A DNA stretch of 64,000 bases from Chlorobiota bacterium (GCA_026415505.1 JAOAGY010000009.1:71818-135817), one strand, 5' to 3'. Numbered from the stretch's first letter, positions 50,571 through 60,791 are shown. Translations and numbers: made by a program. Notes: generated by a model from the sequence alone, not told the origin.

Positions 50571-51594
50571 CGGAGCCGATCGGCAGCTCTTCATAGCGCG
50601 GCACCTCCTTGACAGCACGGTATCCGATAAATCCGCGATCGCGTCGTTCCATTGCAACGAGCGCTGCAGCATAGATTTCTTTCCATGTCAAGCCGAACTT
50701 TTCCATCAGCTCTTCCGGTTCGCCGCTGCCGCCGAAGGTGTCTTTTACTCCGACGAATTCGATCGGGACCGGATAGTTTTTCGCAACGACTTCGGCAACG
50801 GCGCCACCGAGTCCGGCATGCACCTGGTGCTCCTCTGCTGTGACGATCGCGCCGCACTGGCGTGCTGCGTCCACGATCGTCTGCACGTCGAACGGTTTGA
50901 TCGTCGAGACGTTGATCACGCGCGCTCGAATGCCGCGCTGGGCGAGCTTTTCAGCGGCGACGAGCGACTCCCAAACCATTGCACCGCAGGCAACGAGTGC
51001 GACGTCGCTTCCATCGCGAAAAACCTGCGCTTTGCCGAGTTCGAACGGCGTGTCGTCGCGAGTGAAAAACGGTACCGCCGCCCGCCCGAAGCGGATGTAC
51101 GCCGGACCGACCATTTCACCGATGGCGATGGTCGCTTTTTTCGCTTCCAGGTAGTCGCACGGCACTACGAGCGTCATGTGCGGAAGCGTGCGCAAGTACG
51201 CGATCTCTTCGAGAACTTGGTGTGTCGCGCCGTCGGGACCGACACTGATGCCAGCATGCCCGCCGCCGATTTTGACGTTCACTTCGTTGTAGCAAACGCT
51301 GATGCGGAGTTGATCGGCATTGCGCAGCGCACAGAACGCGCCGTAGGAAGCAAAGAACGGAATCTTGCCGCTCAGCGCAAGACCTGCGGCGATGGTCGTG
51401 GCATTCTGTTCGGCAACACCGATCGAGAAGAAACGATCGGGGAAACGCTCCTTGAACAGCGAGGTCATCACCGAGCCAGTGATGTCGCCACCGAGAACGA
51501 CGACGTTGTCGTAGCGCTCGCCGAGAACGACGAGTCCTTCGCCGAATCCTTGTCGTGTCGGTTTGGAGCCGCGGAGTGTGAAGGGTTCGCTCAT
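50551..51594 (-). CDS. tkt: transketolase, C-terminal section (split transketolase)
   Basis: Pyr-binding and C-terminal domains of transketolase (GEDGPTHQ-like GPDGATHQVLEEIAYLRTLP). Confidence 0.85.
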   Translation of the reverse strand: MSEPFTLRGSKPTRQGFGEGLVVLGERYDNVVVLGGDITGSVMTSLFKERFPDRFFSIGVAEQNATTIAAGLALSGKIPFFASYGAFCALRNADQLRISVCYNEVNVKIGGGHAGISVGPDGATHQVLEEIAYLRTLPHMTLVVPCDYLEAKKATIAIGEMVGPAYIRFGRAAVPFFTRDDTPFELGKAQVFRDGSDVALVACGAMVWESLVAAEKLAQRGIRARVINVSTIKPFDVQTIVDAARQCGAIVTAEEHQVHAGLGGAVAEVVAKNYPVPIEFVGVKDTFGGSGEPEELMEKFGLTWKEIYAAALVAMERRDRGFIGYRAVKEVPRYEELPIGSDGQPVA

Positions 51595-51615
51595 TGGTTC
51601 GTCAGTGGTGGTGGT

Positions 51616-52524
51616 TTATGCTTCGACCGATTCGGGAATGTCTTCGCCCAGTTCGCCAAGTGCGATACGAGCTTGTTCCCACGTCGGGGGTTTGCCGTGC
51701 CATTCGTAGCGGTCTTCCATGAACGACACGCCTTTCCCCATCAGCGTTTTCGCGATGATCGCGGTCGGTTTGCCGCATCGTTGCTCACTGTTGGCGATAA
51801 AGCGATCGAACGCAGCACACAGCTCGGCGTAGTCGTGACCGTTGGCGGTCACGACGTCGAAGCCGAACGCACGGCACTTGTCTTGGAGCGGATAGATGTT
51901 CATCACGTCGTGAACGCGACCGTCGATTTGGCAATCGTTGTTGTCGATGATCCAGCAGAAATTGTCGAGCTTGAAGTTCGATGCAGCCATCGCAGCTTCC
52001 CAAACGCTTCCTTCTTGCAGTTCGCCGTCGCCGGTGAGCGTGAAAACACGGTAGCCGTTTTTGTCGAGCAGTTTGTCCGCCATCGCCATACCGACGGCGA
52101 TCGAGATACCCTGACCGAGCGAGCCGGTCGAGGTTTCGATCCCCGGCAATCCCATATCTCGTCCGGGATGACCTTGCAAACGGGAGTTGTACTTGCGGAG
52201 CGTGCGGAGTTCTTCTTTCGGGAATGCACCGGTGTTGGCGAGCGTGGCGTAGAGCACCGGACACATGTGCCCTGCACTGAGCACGAAGCGGTCGCGCGGC
52301 GTCCACCAGTCGTGTGGATTGTACCGCATGTATCCGCCGAAATAGAGCACCGCGAAAATGTCGGTTGACCCGAGCGGACCGCCGCTGTGTCCGGAGCCAG
52401 CCAGGACGAGCGACTTGATGATGTCGCGACGAATCATCCGTGCGATTTCGGCGAATTCATGCGGTTGTCGCCGGCGGTTGTCGAACGTGGTTGGATCGAA
52501 GACGATCGGGAATTCTGCGCTCAT
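51616..52524 (-). CDS. tkt: transketolase, N-terminal section (TPP-binding; split transketolase)
   Basis: SGHSGGPLGSTDIFAVLYF, GHPGRDMGLPGIETSTGSLGQGI and TGDGELQEGSVWEA motifs. ATG at M29 of the ORF. Confidence 0.85.
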   Translation of the reverse strand: MSAEFPIVFDPTTFDNRRRQPHEFAEIARMIRRDIIKSLVLAGSGHSGGPLGSTDIFAVLYFGGYMRYNPHDWWTPRDRFVLSAGHMCPVLYATLANTGAFPKEELRTLRKYNSRLQGHPGRDMGLPGIETSTGSLGQGISIAVGMAMADKLLDKNGYRVFTLTGDGELQEGSVWEAAMAASNFKLDNFCWIIDNNDCQIDGRVHDVMNIYPLQDKCRAFGFDVVTANGHDYAELCAAFDRFIANSEQRCGKPTAIIAKTLMGKGVSFMEDRYEWHGKPPTWEQARIALGELGEDIPESVEA

Positions 52525-52655
52525 CACGATTACGTAGGGAATGCAGTTGCGGTACGCGAAAATAGTCAACGCCCGAAACACTCGACGACTGAATGCGAAA
52601 CAACCCACAAGGCTTGTGAATTGTTTATGCGGCAGTATCGCAAGTTCACATTCGT

Positions 52656-52684
52656 TTGGTTATTTTATCATTTGGCATTATTTT
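52656..52684 (+). promoter_or_regulatory. candidate sigma70-type promoter TTGGTT-N17-TATTTT upstream of the giant secreted-protein gene (shared divergent region with tkt)
   Basis: The only AT-rich stretch in the window. The -35/-10 spacing is 17 nt, and a strong SD GGAGGAGG sits 5-12 nt upstream of ATG 52727. Motif-level call only. Confidence 0.3.
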
Positions 52685-52726
52685 CGGTCTCGGTATGTCC
52701 ACTATGGTCAGGATTGGAGGAGGATC

Positions 52727-55700
52727 ATGCACACACGTTCGATATTTCTCGCAGCCAGCGTAGCAGTTTTGTGTTTATCTGCCCAGGGTGCAGTAGCACA
52801 GTCCGCCCATGCACCACGAACGGCAAGCCGAGTTCCGTCGGCAGTGGAACTGCTCACGAACGGTTCTCAAGGCAAGGAATTTTTCGTCTGCTATCCGCTC
52901 AACGACAACCCCGCACAACCACCGACCGCGCGCGAGATTTACATCGCATCGTCGCGCAACACTCGCGTTCGCTATGAGTGCAAGGGTACTGTCAAAGTTT
53001 TCACTGTCCAGGCGATGAAGGTGCTCGTGCTGAAAGAACCCGATGTAGCACTGCCTGAAATCGGTGAAAGCGAAATGATTTCCAATGATGTGATCCATAT
53101 CACTGCTGCCGATCCGATCTCGGTGTACGTGTACAATGGTAAAGTTGTCACATCGGACGGTTACTTAGCGATTCCTGTCCAATCGTGGGGTACGGAGTAC
53201 ATGCACCTGAGCTGGCCCGATTTCAACGAGTTCCGCAATTGGAAATCCGGCTTCTGCATTATCGCTGCCTATCCCGATACACGGGTGAGTATCCAGCTAC
53301 GGAAACCGAATGTCGGTGAATTCGGCATCACCTCAGCCCGGACCGAGAAGGGACGCCGCTATGGAGATAGCTGGACGGTAACTCTGCAACCCGGTCAATG
53401 CTATCTCGTCCAAGGCGATGGCACAACTCGTGGACAGTTCGACCTATCTGGCAGCATCGTTCGATCGAACAAACCGATCGGCTTTTTGAGTTACCATCAG
53501 CGGACGATGATTCCCAGTTGTTGCATATACAACGGTCGTGACCACATGATCGAGATGCTCCCGCCGACATCAACGTGGGGACGGATGTACATCAGCGTCG
53601 AATACGAACGCGGTGGATATGGTGACTTTTTCCGCGTCGTCGCACTGGAAGATGGTACCACGGTTGTCTGTACGTCGTATGACTTCGGCAATAAGCAGAA
53701 ATTGGAAGAGAACATACTTTCCGGCTTGAGACGCGGAGAAGTACGTGGTATTCCGAGTGCAGATGTTGCTACCGACGGACCTGGTCAAATGACCGGAGTT
53801 CGAGGTATGTCGGTATGGAGAGCCAACAAGCCATTTCTCCTCATGCAATACTCTGCATCGGCAGAGTGGGATAACAACAATCTTTTCGACCCGTTCATGA
53901 TTTACATCGTACCGGTCGAGCAGTACACGAAAGCAACAATTTTTCAATCACCATCGAATCCCGCCTATTCTCGCCACAGATTCAACCTCCTTGTTTCAGC
54001 GGATGTCAACGATCCGACGCAGAGCGATATCCGCTCGATCAAAATCGATGGAGTACCGGTCGTGTCATTAGCGCCGAACATATTGGGCAATCGCATACCG
54101 GGAACGAACATCCATTATGCGCGCATCTTCATCAATAACGGACCACATGTCATCGAGGGCAATGCTCCCTTCGGCGGTTACATCTATGGTTGGGGTAGTT
54201 TCGACTCATATGGCTGGCCAGCAGCGACAGCCTATCGCAAGCTCAATGAATTCGACACGATACCACCGCCGTTGTCGCGCAGTGTCGAATGCGGTGACTA
54301 CACCTATACTGCTCGCGAAACAGGACAGGATTTCCGCATCAACGACACGCTCAACCATACCGGTACCGGTGTCAGCGCGATCGATTTCGTCGAGGGCAAG
54401 CAATCGTTCAACTACGCAATCGAAATACTCGATTCCGATGGACAGCCGGTCGAGAACAATCTCGTACCTAACGACCGCAAAAACAGTATCGTAACGTTTC
54501 GTCTCCGCGTCATTGATAAAAGCAAACCAGCGCAAGCATATTTCTACGTCTCCGATCGAGCACTCAATTTCAGCTACGACAGCGTCTTTTGGGTACCGCC
54601 GCAAATCACGATCTCGCCCAATCCGATTGATGCAGGGAAAGTGCGCGTCGGGCGTACAGTCGAGCTGACTGCGACGATCTCGAATTTGGCTGATTCGACG
54701 TTTCTGATCAAGGAGCTGCGATTGCAAAAAGGAACTGCGTTCCGAATCACCGAGCCGATCGTACCACCGAGTGGACTTCCACTGCCTCCGCGTGGTTCTC
54801 TCGTCGTCAAGCTCAGCTACACACCGACCACCGAACACCTGCGGGACAACGAACGTGACGAAGACTCGCTTTTTGTCGTCGAACAGTGCACGCCATTTGC
54901 CGTCCTCGTGATCGGTAAGGGCGTACAGCCGCACATCGTCGTGGACGACTGGGATGCCGGTACGGTATCGGTTGGTTCGACACGCTGCCATTCACAGCAA
55001 CTCTCTCGCGGTCTGCGGATACGCAATCCGGGTACCGACACATTGACGGTGAGTGCAATTGATCGCTCGACTATCCAACCGCCATTTACGCTGACCGATC
55101 CGACAACTCCTCCGCTTCCGATCGTCATTCCGCCTGGCGGCGAAGCATATCTGACGGAGCTGTGTTTCTCCCCGACGACCCAAGACACGTTTTCGATCGT
55201 CGTCCACTTTGAAAGCGATGCGCCAGGTACTGCTGGTGACAAACCGTGGTCCCAGTGGAAGGGGCGTTCTATCTTGCCGGGACCGGTCGTCGTCGGTAAC
55301 AACTGGGGACGCGTTCGCGTGGGTACAACGAAGGTTCTCGATGGACTCGTGCGCAACGACGGACAAGACAACGTCGAGTGCACGGCACTGTATCTCCCTA
55401 CTGGAGAACGGAACTTCCGCATCGTCGGTCAGGATCGCAATCCGCCATTTACGCTGTTCCCGAACGGACAAGATGTCGTCAAGGTACAGATCGCCTGTAC
55501 ACCCACAACCGAATTCGATCTGACAAGCCGACTCATCGGTGACTTTACTGGGGTCGGAACTCGCGACGACGCCTTGACAGCATTTGGTTACCTGGAGAAA
55601 ATCGCAGCAACGGGAGCAATTTTCCGGACCCCTGTCCTCGTCGGAACAAGCGTTCAAAGCCAGGTAGGCACACTCGAACAATTCGTCACGATCACGAACA

Positions 55701-57082
55701 CCAGTCAATCGGCTGATCTGAAGGTGTATCGTGTCGAGATTCTACCGGTCCGCGATCCGAATCAGAACATCTACCCCGAAGATTTTGTCCTGCTCGACAC
55801 ACCGCAGGACATAACACTCCCGATCGGTTCGTCCCCCGAATTGCTCCGTGTTCAATTCACTCCATCGGGTGCAGGCGAGCGACGAGCGCTTGTTCGCATT
55901 TACCATAACGCGGAGCCACCGATTGCATCCCCGACGGGACAGACCGACACCACGGTAGTTCTCGTTGGCTATGGCTATACGGTCAACGTGCCGGAGCTGA
56001 CCGGCTACGATTTCGGATCAGTGACGACTTGCGATCAGCCTATCGGTTCTGCTACGGTTCGCAATACGGCTCCCGCTGGCACACCGAGCGCCGATATCGA
56101 GGTCATTGATGCGACGATAACGGGTGCCGATGCTGCATACTTTACGCTTACCAGTCCGCCGACGCCGGCTTCACCGCTTATTGTACCGGCTGGCGAAACT
56201 CGACCGATCGAGATACGATTCTCGCCCGATCAGCCCCGCGGTTATCAGGCTCTCATCCGCGTCACGTACCGTGGCGGACAGACCGACAGTGCGATCGTGC
56301 AAGGCGTCGGCTATGTCATTCCGGTCGAGATCGTCCCGCAATTTGCCATGAAGCTGGTCAATTTCCGTCAAGGCAGCGATGTAGGTGCCGGCATTCGAGC
56401 ATCGTCGCGAGATTGGAACAGTGCAGCAGTTACTTCCTTCGATCTCAAGCTCCGCTACAATGGCAAACAGTTGCTCTATGTGCCCAACAGCATCCAACGT
56501 GGCTCTGCTCTCGATGGCAGTTGGCAAATAACGGCTGATGAGCAATTGCTCGATGCAGCGACCCAGACTTTCGAACTGAGAGTGCACGGCAACGGACAAA
56601 CACCTATCGCCAGAGACGGAAATTTGGCGGACATGCGCTTTACGGTGCTCGTAAGCGATATGCCCTCACAGCGATTCGCGCGACTCGAAGCAGTCGAATT
56701 CATCGGCTCGGGAACAACCAACACACCTCGACGCTGCATCATCCCGACTTTGTTCGCCGACAGCGTGCTACCAACGACCTGTTTCATGGACGGTCGCTTC
56801 GTGGTCATCAGTGAGACACCATTTTCGATCATGGATGTCGATCCGCATCCCGCCAGCGGCGAGTCGGTCACTCTTCGTTTCAGCGTCGGTTTCGATGCGC
56901 CAACGAGCATACGTCTTTACGACGCACTCGGCACACCACAACGGACAATCCTCGACGGAGATTTACCGAAAGGTTCATACAGCGTCGAAGTACCTATCGG
57001 CGGCATGAGCAGCGGACTGTACTTCGTTCGCTTCGAGAGCGGTCCAGTCAGCGCGACACGTCAGCTCCTCATTGTTCGCTGA
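52727..57082 (+). CDS. giant secreted cell-surface protein (1451 aa) with multiple ASH/choice-of-anchor-D-like Ig-fold repeats and a T9SS-type C-terminal sorting domain
   Basis: Signal peptide MHTRSIFLAASVAVLCLSAQGAVAQ. Repeated beta-sandwich units with the pattern G.V.VG.....L.NTG...L.V..I (e.g. RIRNPGTDTLTVSAID, RNDGQDNVECTALYL, RNTAPAGTPSADIEVIDATITG). The C-terminus ...GLYFVRFESGPVSATRQLLIVR resembles a Por secretion tail. Strong SD GGAGGAGG. Confidence 0.7.
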   Translation: MHTRSIFLAASVAVLCLSAQGAVAQSAHAPRTASRVPSAVELLTNGSQGKEFFVCYPLNDNPAQPPTAREIYIASSRNTRVRYECKGTVKVFTVQAMKVLVLKEPDVALPEIGESEMISNDVIHITAADPISVYVYNGKVVTSDGYLAIPVQSWGTEYMHLSWPDFNEFRNWKSGFCIIAAYPDTRVSIQLRKPNVGEFGITSARTEKGRRYGDSWTVTLQPGQCYLVQGDGTTRGQFDLSGSIVRSNKPIGFLSYHQRTMIPSCCIYNGRDHMIEMLPPTSTWGRMYISVEYERGGYGDFFRVVALEDGTTVVCTSYDFGNKQKLEENILSGLRRGEVRGIPSADVATDGPGQMTGVRGMSVWRANKPFLLMQYSASAEWDNNNLFDPFMIYIVPVEQYTKATIFQSPSNPAYSRHRFNLLVSADVNDPTQSDIRSIKIDGVPVVSLAPNILGNRIPGTNIHYARIFINNGPHVIEGNAPFGGYIYGWGSFDSYGWPAATAYRKLNEFDTIPPPLSRSVECGDYTYTARETGQDFRINDTLNHTGTGVSAIDFVEGKQSFNYAIEILDSDGQPVENNLVPNDRKNSIVTFRLRVIDKSKPAQAYFYVSDRALNFSYDSVFWVPPQITISPNPIDAGKVRVGRTVELTATISNLADSTFLIKELRLQKGTAFRITEPIVPPSGLPLPPRGSLVVKLSYTPTTEHLRDNERDEDSLFVVEQCTPFAVLVIGKGVQPHIVVDDWDAGTVSVGSTRCHSQQLSRGLRIRNPGTDTLTVSAIDRSTIQPPFTLTDPTTPPLPIVIPPGGEAYLTELCFSPTTQDTFSIVVHFESDAPGTAGDKPWSQWKGRSILPGPVVVGNNWGRVRVGTTKVLDGLVRNDGQDNVECTALYLPTGERNFRIVGQDRNPPFTLFPNGQDVVKVQIACTPTTEFDLTSRLIGDFTGVGTRDDALTAFGYLEKIAATGAIFRTPVLVGTSVQSQVGTLEQFVTITNTSQSADLKVYRVEILPVRDPNQNIYPEDFVLLDTPQDITLPIGSSPELLRVQFTPSGAGERRALVRIYHNAEPPIASPTGQTDTTVVLVGYGYTVNVPELTGYDFGSVTTCDQPIGSATVRNTAPAGTPSADIEVIDATITGADAAYFTLTSPPTPASPLIVPAGETRPIEIRFSPDQPRGYQALIRVTYRGGQTDSAIVQGVGYVIPVEIVPQFAMKLVNFRQGSDVGAGIRASSRDWNSAAVTSFDLKLRYNGKQLLYVPNSIQRGSALDGSWQITADEQLLDAATQTFELRVHGNGQTPIARDGNLADMRFTVLVSDMPSQRFARLEAVEFIGSGTTNTPRRCIIPTLFADSVLPTTCFMDGRFVVISETPFSIMDVDPHPASGESVTLRFSVGFDAPTSIRLYDALGTPQRTILDGDLPKGSYSVEVPIGGMSSGLYFVRFESGPVSATRQLLIVR

Positions 57083-57154
57083 TCAGGTGACGCGACACCG
57101 ATAGCTCGGTACCGAAACGTGTGTGGGTACCACCACGCGATACAAACTATGCGG

Positions 57155-57192
57155 GGCACTCGGCACTGTTGCAGAGTGCCTCGCTCGTTTTT
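57155..57192 (+). terminator. candidate intrinsic terminator hairpin between convergent genes (GGCACTC-N12-GAGTGCC followed by TCGCTCGTTTTTAT)
   Basis: A 7-bp GC-rich inverted repeat with a downstream T-run on the plus strand. It lies in the 108-bp gap between the giant gene stop (57082) and the convergent sensor gene stop (57191). Confidence 0.3.
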
Positions 57193-59332
57193 ATGCCATC
57201 GGCAACGTGATCAGTGCAACATTCCCCTCCTCGCCGAGCGTTTCGACGCTGAGCGTGCCCCCTACTCGCCGTATCTGGGTTGCTGCTAATCCGAGATGGT
57301 AGAGGATATCTTCGCAATCGTCGCTCAACGCCTCGACCAATTGATTCAGACAGCGGTTGTAGCGAGAGATCATCGTGGAAACTTGACGAGCAAAGGGCGA
57401 CAGCACCTGAAGCTCGAGCACGTGCTCTTGAGTATTGACAATTGTCGTGATTTCGATCGCACCGCCTTGTACGCCACGGCTGAGTGCGGTAAAAAGGTTT
57501 GCAAGTCCAGCCGCCACGAGAGCTTCATCCACACCAATCTTGGCTGTTCCATCCACACTTCGTTCGATAAACGAGCAGCTACCGCCGTTGCTCTTGTAGC
57601 TATTCTCAGCGCTGCGGAGAATCGTTTGCAGTTCCGTGGCGCACTCGCTCTGTTGCAACTCATCCTGCGCAATATCGAGCAGATCGCTGACGATGGCAAA
57701 GAGTCTGTCGGAGCTTTCGTTTGCAAGCTTGACAAACCGCATTTGTCGGTCGTCGCTTGCGTCCATCGTCATCACCATCTGATGCATCCCGTCGAGTGTC
57801 GTCACCAGCGACGAACGCAGGTAGCGCGTCAGTCGTCGGATGAACGCTGATTTCGATGCGTTGGCTTCTTGAGCCAATTGTTCTGCCAGTTGCACTTGCC
57901 GAGCGCGGAGCTGCAGTTCTTGCTGTGCTTGGCGTTCGAGTGTGATATCGCGTGCGACGACGTATGCCACTCCCTCCGTGCGTACGATCGAGATGTTCCA
58001 ACCGATCCATCGCAGCGACCCGTCGCGGGCGAGCATACCGAGCTCGACGGAATGTTCGTCGCTGGTGCGATCAGCCAGCGTGCTCAGGAGCTTGATTCGC
58101 TCTGGCTCGGTGGCGACGTACTGCGTCGCAAGCGTTCCGACGACATCCGATGGTGCATATCCGAGCGTGTGCTCGATCGCAGGATTGACGCTCTGCCAGC
58201 GACCATCGAGCGTGATGGTGCCGATGATGTCGCGCGAGGATTCGAGAATGCGTCGGTTGCCTTCCGTGATGCGATCGGCAAGCGCGATTGCACGCTGGTG
58301 CCCACTCATTACCGATAGCACAAAACCGCACAGCACCGCTGTCGTTATCAATCCGCCGACGAGAGCGAATATCCCGAAGTAGTTCTCTATCCCGTGCGTC
58401 AGTGCTGGTGCGCTTTGGAACTCCAACTTGAATTGGCGGTCACCGATCGCGATGGTGCGCTCCGTTCGGAATGCGCTCGGATCGTTGCGGTCCCAACCGC
58501 TTGCACCGAGACCGAACGATGCAATGACCACTGGCGATTGTGTTGTCCATTCGTCGAGGACACGGAACTCGACGTTACGATCGGACGCGACACTATCGCC
58601 GAGCGAGGTGCGGAGAAAACGAGCGACATCCATCTCGACAAAGAGGATACCATCGAAACGCGTGTGCGCAGTCGGCAACAGAACGTCGTTTCGATTGCCT
58701 TTTTGCTGAGTGGCGATCATCAGAAAGAGACTCGCCGTGTCGGAGCTGAAACGAAATACCTTCGATGCAACGATCGTGCGTTTCTGCTGCGCACGGCTAA
58801 TGGCATCGGCAAGTTCGACTCGACTGAGCAAATCGTAGCCGACGACATCCTTCCGTTCGGGATACGGCACGACGTAGAGCACTGGTATGTACTGCGGTCG
58901 CGAACCAGGAGGACGTACTGCATAGTCGTAGTATCGCTCCGACCGCGCATAGAACGTGAACTCGCCAAGCTCCCGCGCTGAGACGATGTTCGCATACCCG
59001 ATACTGCGAATGGCTGGATTCGATTCTGCCGGTACCGTCGAATACAACTCGAAGACATCGCGCACCACTTGCACGCTGTTGCGATAGAGTGCATCGAGAT
59101 TGCGCAGCACATTCTCGTAGGTTGTCGTCCCCTGCTCCAATCGTGTGACGACCGAATTGACAGCCTTGTCGAACTCCATTTGACGACGCGTTTGAAGCGA
59201 GCTATCGAGCAGCCGCATAATGCCATAGCTGAGCGCAATCCCTGCGACTGCGATCAATAACACTTGGAGATACTTTCGCAACGGCAATCGAACGCTCGTA
59301 TCGCTGCGGGCAACTGTTTGTGCAGTGTACAT
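57191..59332 (-). CDS. membrane sensor protein with large periplasmic (CHASE-like) domain, PAS domain and apparently degenerate histidine-kinase core (putative pseudokinase)
   Basis: TM1 (LQVLLIAVAGIALSYGIM), a ~300-aa periplasmic region, TM2 (IFALVGGLITTAVLCGFVL), and a PAS domain (...IIGTITLDGRWQSVNPAIEHTLGYAPSDVVG...). In the DHp-like region the phospho-acceptor position reads KSAFIRRLTRYLRSSL instead of the usual SxFLANMSHELRTPL, so the His is not conserved. The C-terminal ATPase-like region lacks a clear DxGxG G1 box. Confidence 0.6.
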   Translation of the reverse strand: MYTAQTVARSDTSVRLPLRKYLQVLLIAVAGIALSYGIMRLLDSSLQTRRQMEFDKAVNSVVTRLEQGTTTYENVLRNLDALYRNSVQVVRDVFELYSTVPAESNPAIRSIGYANIVSARELGEFTFYARSERYYDYAVRPPGSRPQYIPVLYVVPYPERKDVVGYDLLSRVELADAISRAQQKRTIVASKVFRFSSDTASLFLMIATQQKGNRNDVLLPTAHTRFDGILFVEMDVARFLRTSLGDSVASDRNVEFRVLDEWTTQSPVVIASFGLGASGWDRNDPSAFRTERTIAIGDRQFKLEFQSAPALTHGIENYFGIFALVGGLITTAVLCGFVLSVMSGHQRAIALADRITEGNRRILESSRDIIGTITLDGRWQSVNPAIEHTLGYAPSDVVGTLATQYVATEPERIKLLSTLADRTSDEHSVELGMLARDGSLRWIGWNISIVRTEGVAYVVARDITLERQAQQELQLRARQVQLAEQLAQEANASKSAFIRRLTRYLRSSLVTTLDGMHQMVMTMDASDDRQMRFVKLANESSDRLFAIVSDLLDIAQDELQQSECATELQTILRSAENSYKSNGGSCSFIERSVDGTAKIGVDEALVAAGLANLFTALSRGVQGGAIEITTIVNTQEHVLELQVLSPFARQVSTMISRYNRCLNQLVEALSDDCEDILYHLGLAATQIRRVGGTLSVETLGEEGNVALITLPMA

Positions 59333-59432
59333 AACGACCTAACCTGTCGCTTGTGGGCAGGTTAGTGTATCGGCGATTTGCGGGAAAAATGTAGGGCAAG
59401 CGACACTCGACAGTCCTGTTGAGTCCCTGCCG

Positions 59433-60785
59433 CTATTGAACGATGGTGATTTCGACGCGGCGGTTCGCAGCACGACCTTGCGGTGTTCGGTTGCTCTGAA
59501 TCGGACTGCGTGCTCCCAAGCCTGACGCCAACAGTCGTTCGCGCGGGATACCCTTGCTCAGCAAGTAACGAACCACCTGCAAAGCTCTTTCGTCGGATAC
59601 ACGCTGCGTTTGTGCCGGGGAGCCGCCAAAGTTATCCGAGTGCCCGACGATGCGTACTTCCGCTCGCGGATTTTGCTTGAGGTACTCAGCGACAGCATCG
59701 AGGTAGCGTCGCATTTCGTCGGTCAACGCTGTATCGGTCGGGCTGCTGTAACCACTGAAGATTTGCAATTGATTCGGCACGATACGCGGAAGCGGTCGAG
59801 ATACCGCTGGAGTCGGTGCAGGTGGAGGCACAATGTCGGCTTCTGCGATCGTCGGCAACAGCGTCGCGATGTAAAGACCCTGCGTCGGTCGGACCGGAAC
59901 GGTCAGTTGATGTACACCCGCGATCGGCGGTGCTGCTTGCTGCAGAGCATTCGGATTGCGCGGCAGAATCATTTCGGTGACGACGTCCTCGCCGAAGGTC
60001 AGACTGGCACCGCCACGGAGATAGGCACTGTTCCAGTTCGATCCATTTTTCGAATAGATCGTCGTTCCAATGTGCAGCGTTACGAACGGCGTCAGCGTCA
60101 TCCGCCAATTGCCGATGAGCCCAGCGAACAAATCCCAACCCGCACCGATGTGACCACCGACACGAAGATAGTTCGGTTGGAAACCGACGGTACGTTGAAC
60201 GTCGATACGTTCTTCATTGTAGCGTACATCGGTCCGTTCGAGAGATTTCGTCGTCAACACATCGACATCCAAACCCGCCAGAAAATGAAGACCGGGATAA
60301 TCGGAGTAGTTGTAGCGTGCCCGCGGCATGAAGGTGACGTATGTGAGCACGTTCTGGGCGACGATCGTGTTGTCCAGCTCGAACGATGGATTGACCGGCA
60401 GTCCTGGAACACGCGTCACTGAAGTCGTTTGCCGAACGTCGAATATGCTCGCCATAAACGAGACTCCCCACCGAGACCCCATCGGGTGGTACACATACTC
60501 GCCGCCGATGCCGATACCGCCACCGCCGACACCGCCACTGTTGAGCAACAAGTACCCATCGGTCGGGCAAACCAGATTTGCCGGTATGATGAGCTTGCCA
60601 AAATGCATGTGGTATGTGCCGGAAATCATCGGACCGACGCGCCAATCACCGGGCGAACGCATCATGATGACTGTATCGCCGTCGTCGCGGACGAATCGCA
60701 AGCCGAGTGTGTCGATCCCTGCCACCTGCGACCAGAGCGGCACACTTGCAAACAACACAACCATCAGGACACGAATCGAACGCAT
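59433..60785 (-). CDS. OmpA family outer membrane protein (N-terminal beta-barrel-like region + C-terminal OmpA peptidoglycan-binding domain)
   Basis: Signal peptide MRSIRVLMVVLFASVPLWSQ. The C-terminus ...VRIVGHSDNFGGSPAQTQRVSDERALQVVRYLLSKGIPRERLLASGLGARSP...NRRVEITIV carries the OmpA_C signature. Confidence 0.7.
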   Translation of the reverse strand: MRSIRVLMVVLFASVPLWSQVAGIDTLGLRFVRDDGDTVIMMRSPGDWRVGPMISGTYHMHFGKLIIPANLVCPTDGYLLLNSGGVGGGGIGIGGEYVYHPMGSRWGVSFMASIFDVRQTTSVTRVPGLPVNPSFELDNTIVAQNVLTYVTFMPRARYNYSDYPGLHFLAGLDVDVLTTKSLERTDVRYNEERIDVQRTVGFQPNYLRVGGHIGAGWDLFAGLIGNWRMTLTPFVTLHIGTTIYSKNGSNWNSAYLRGGASLTFGEDVVTEMILPRNPNALQQAAPPIAGVHQLTVPVRPTQGLYIATLLPTIAEADIVPPPAPTPAVSRPLPRIVPNQLQIFSGYSSPTDTALTDEMRRYLDAVAEYLKQNPRAEVRIVGHSDNFGGSPAQTQRVSDERALQVVRYLLSKGIPRERLLASGLGARSPIQSNRTPQGRAANRRVEITIVQ

Positions 60786-60791
60786 GGCTCG

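Noticed and set aside
57155-57180. GCACTC-N12-GAGTGC inverted repeat resembling CIRCE (TTAGCACTC-N9-GAGTGCTAA), the HrcA operator
   Set aside because: Spacer of 12 rather than 9, flanks do not match, and it sits between two convergent non-chaperone genes. Better explained as a terminator hairpin.
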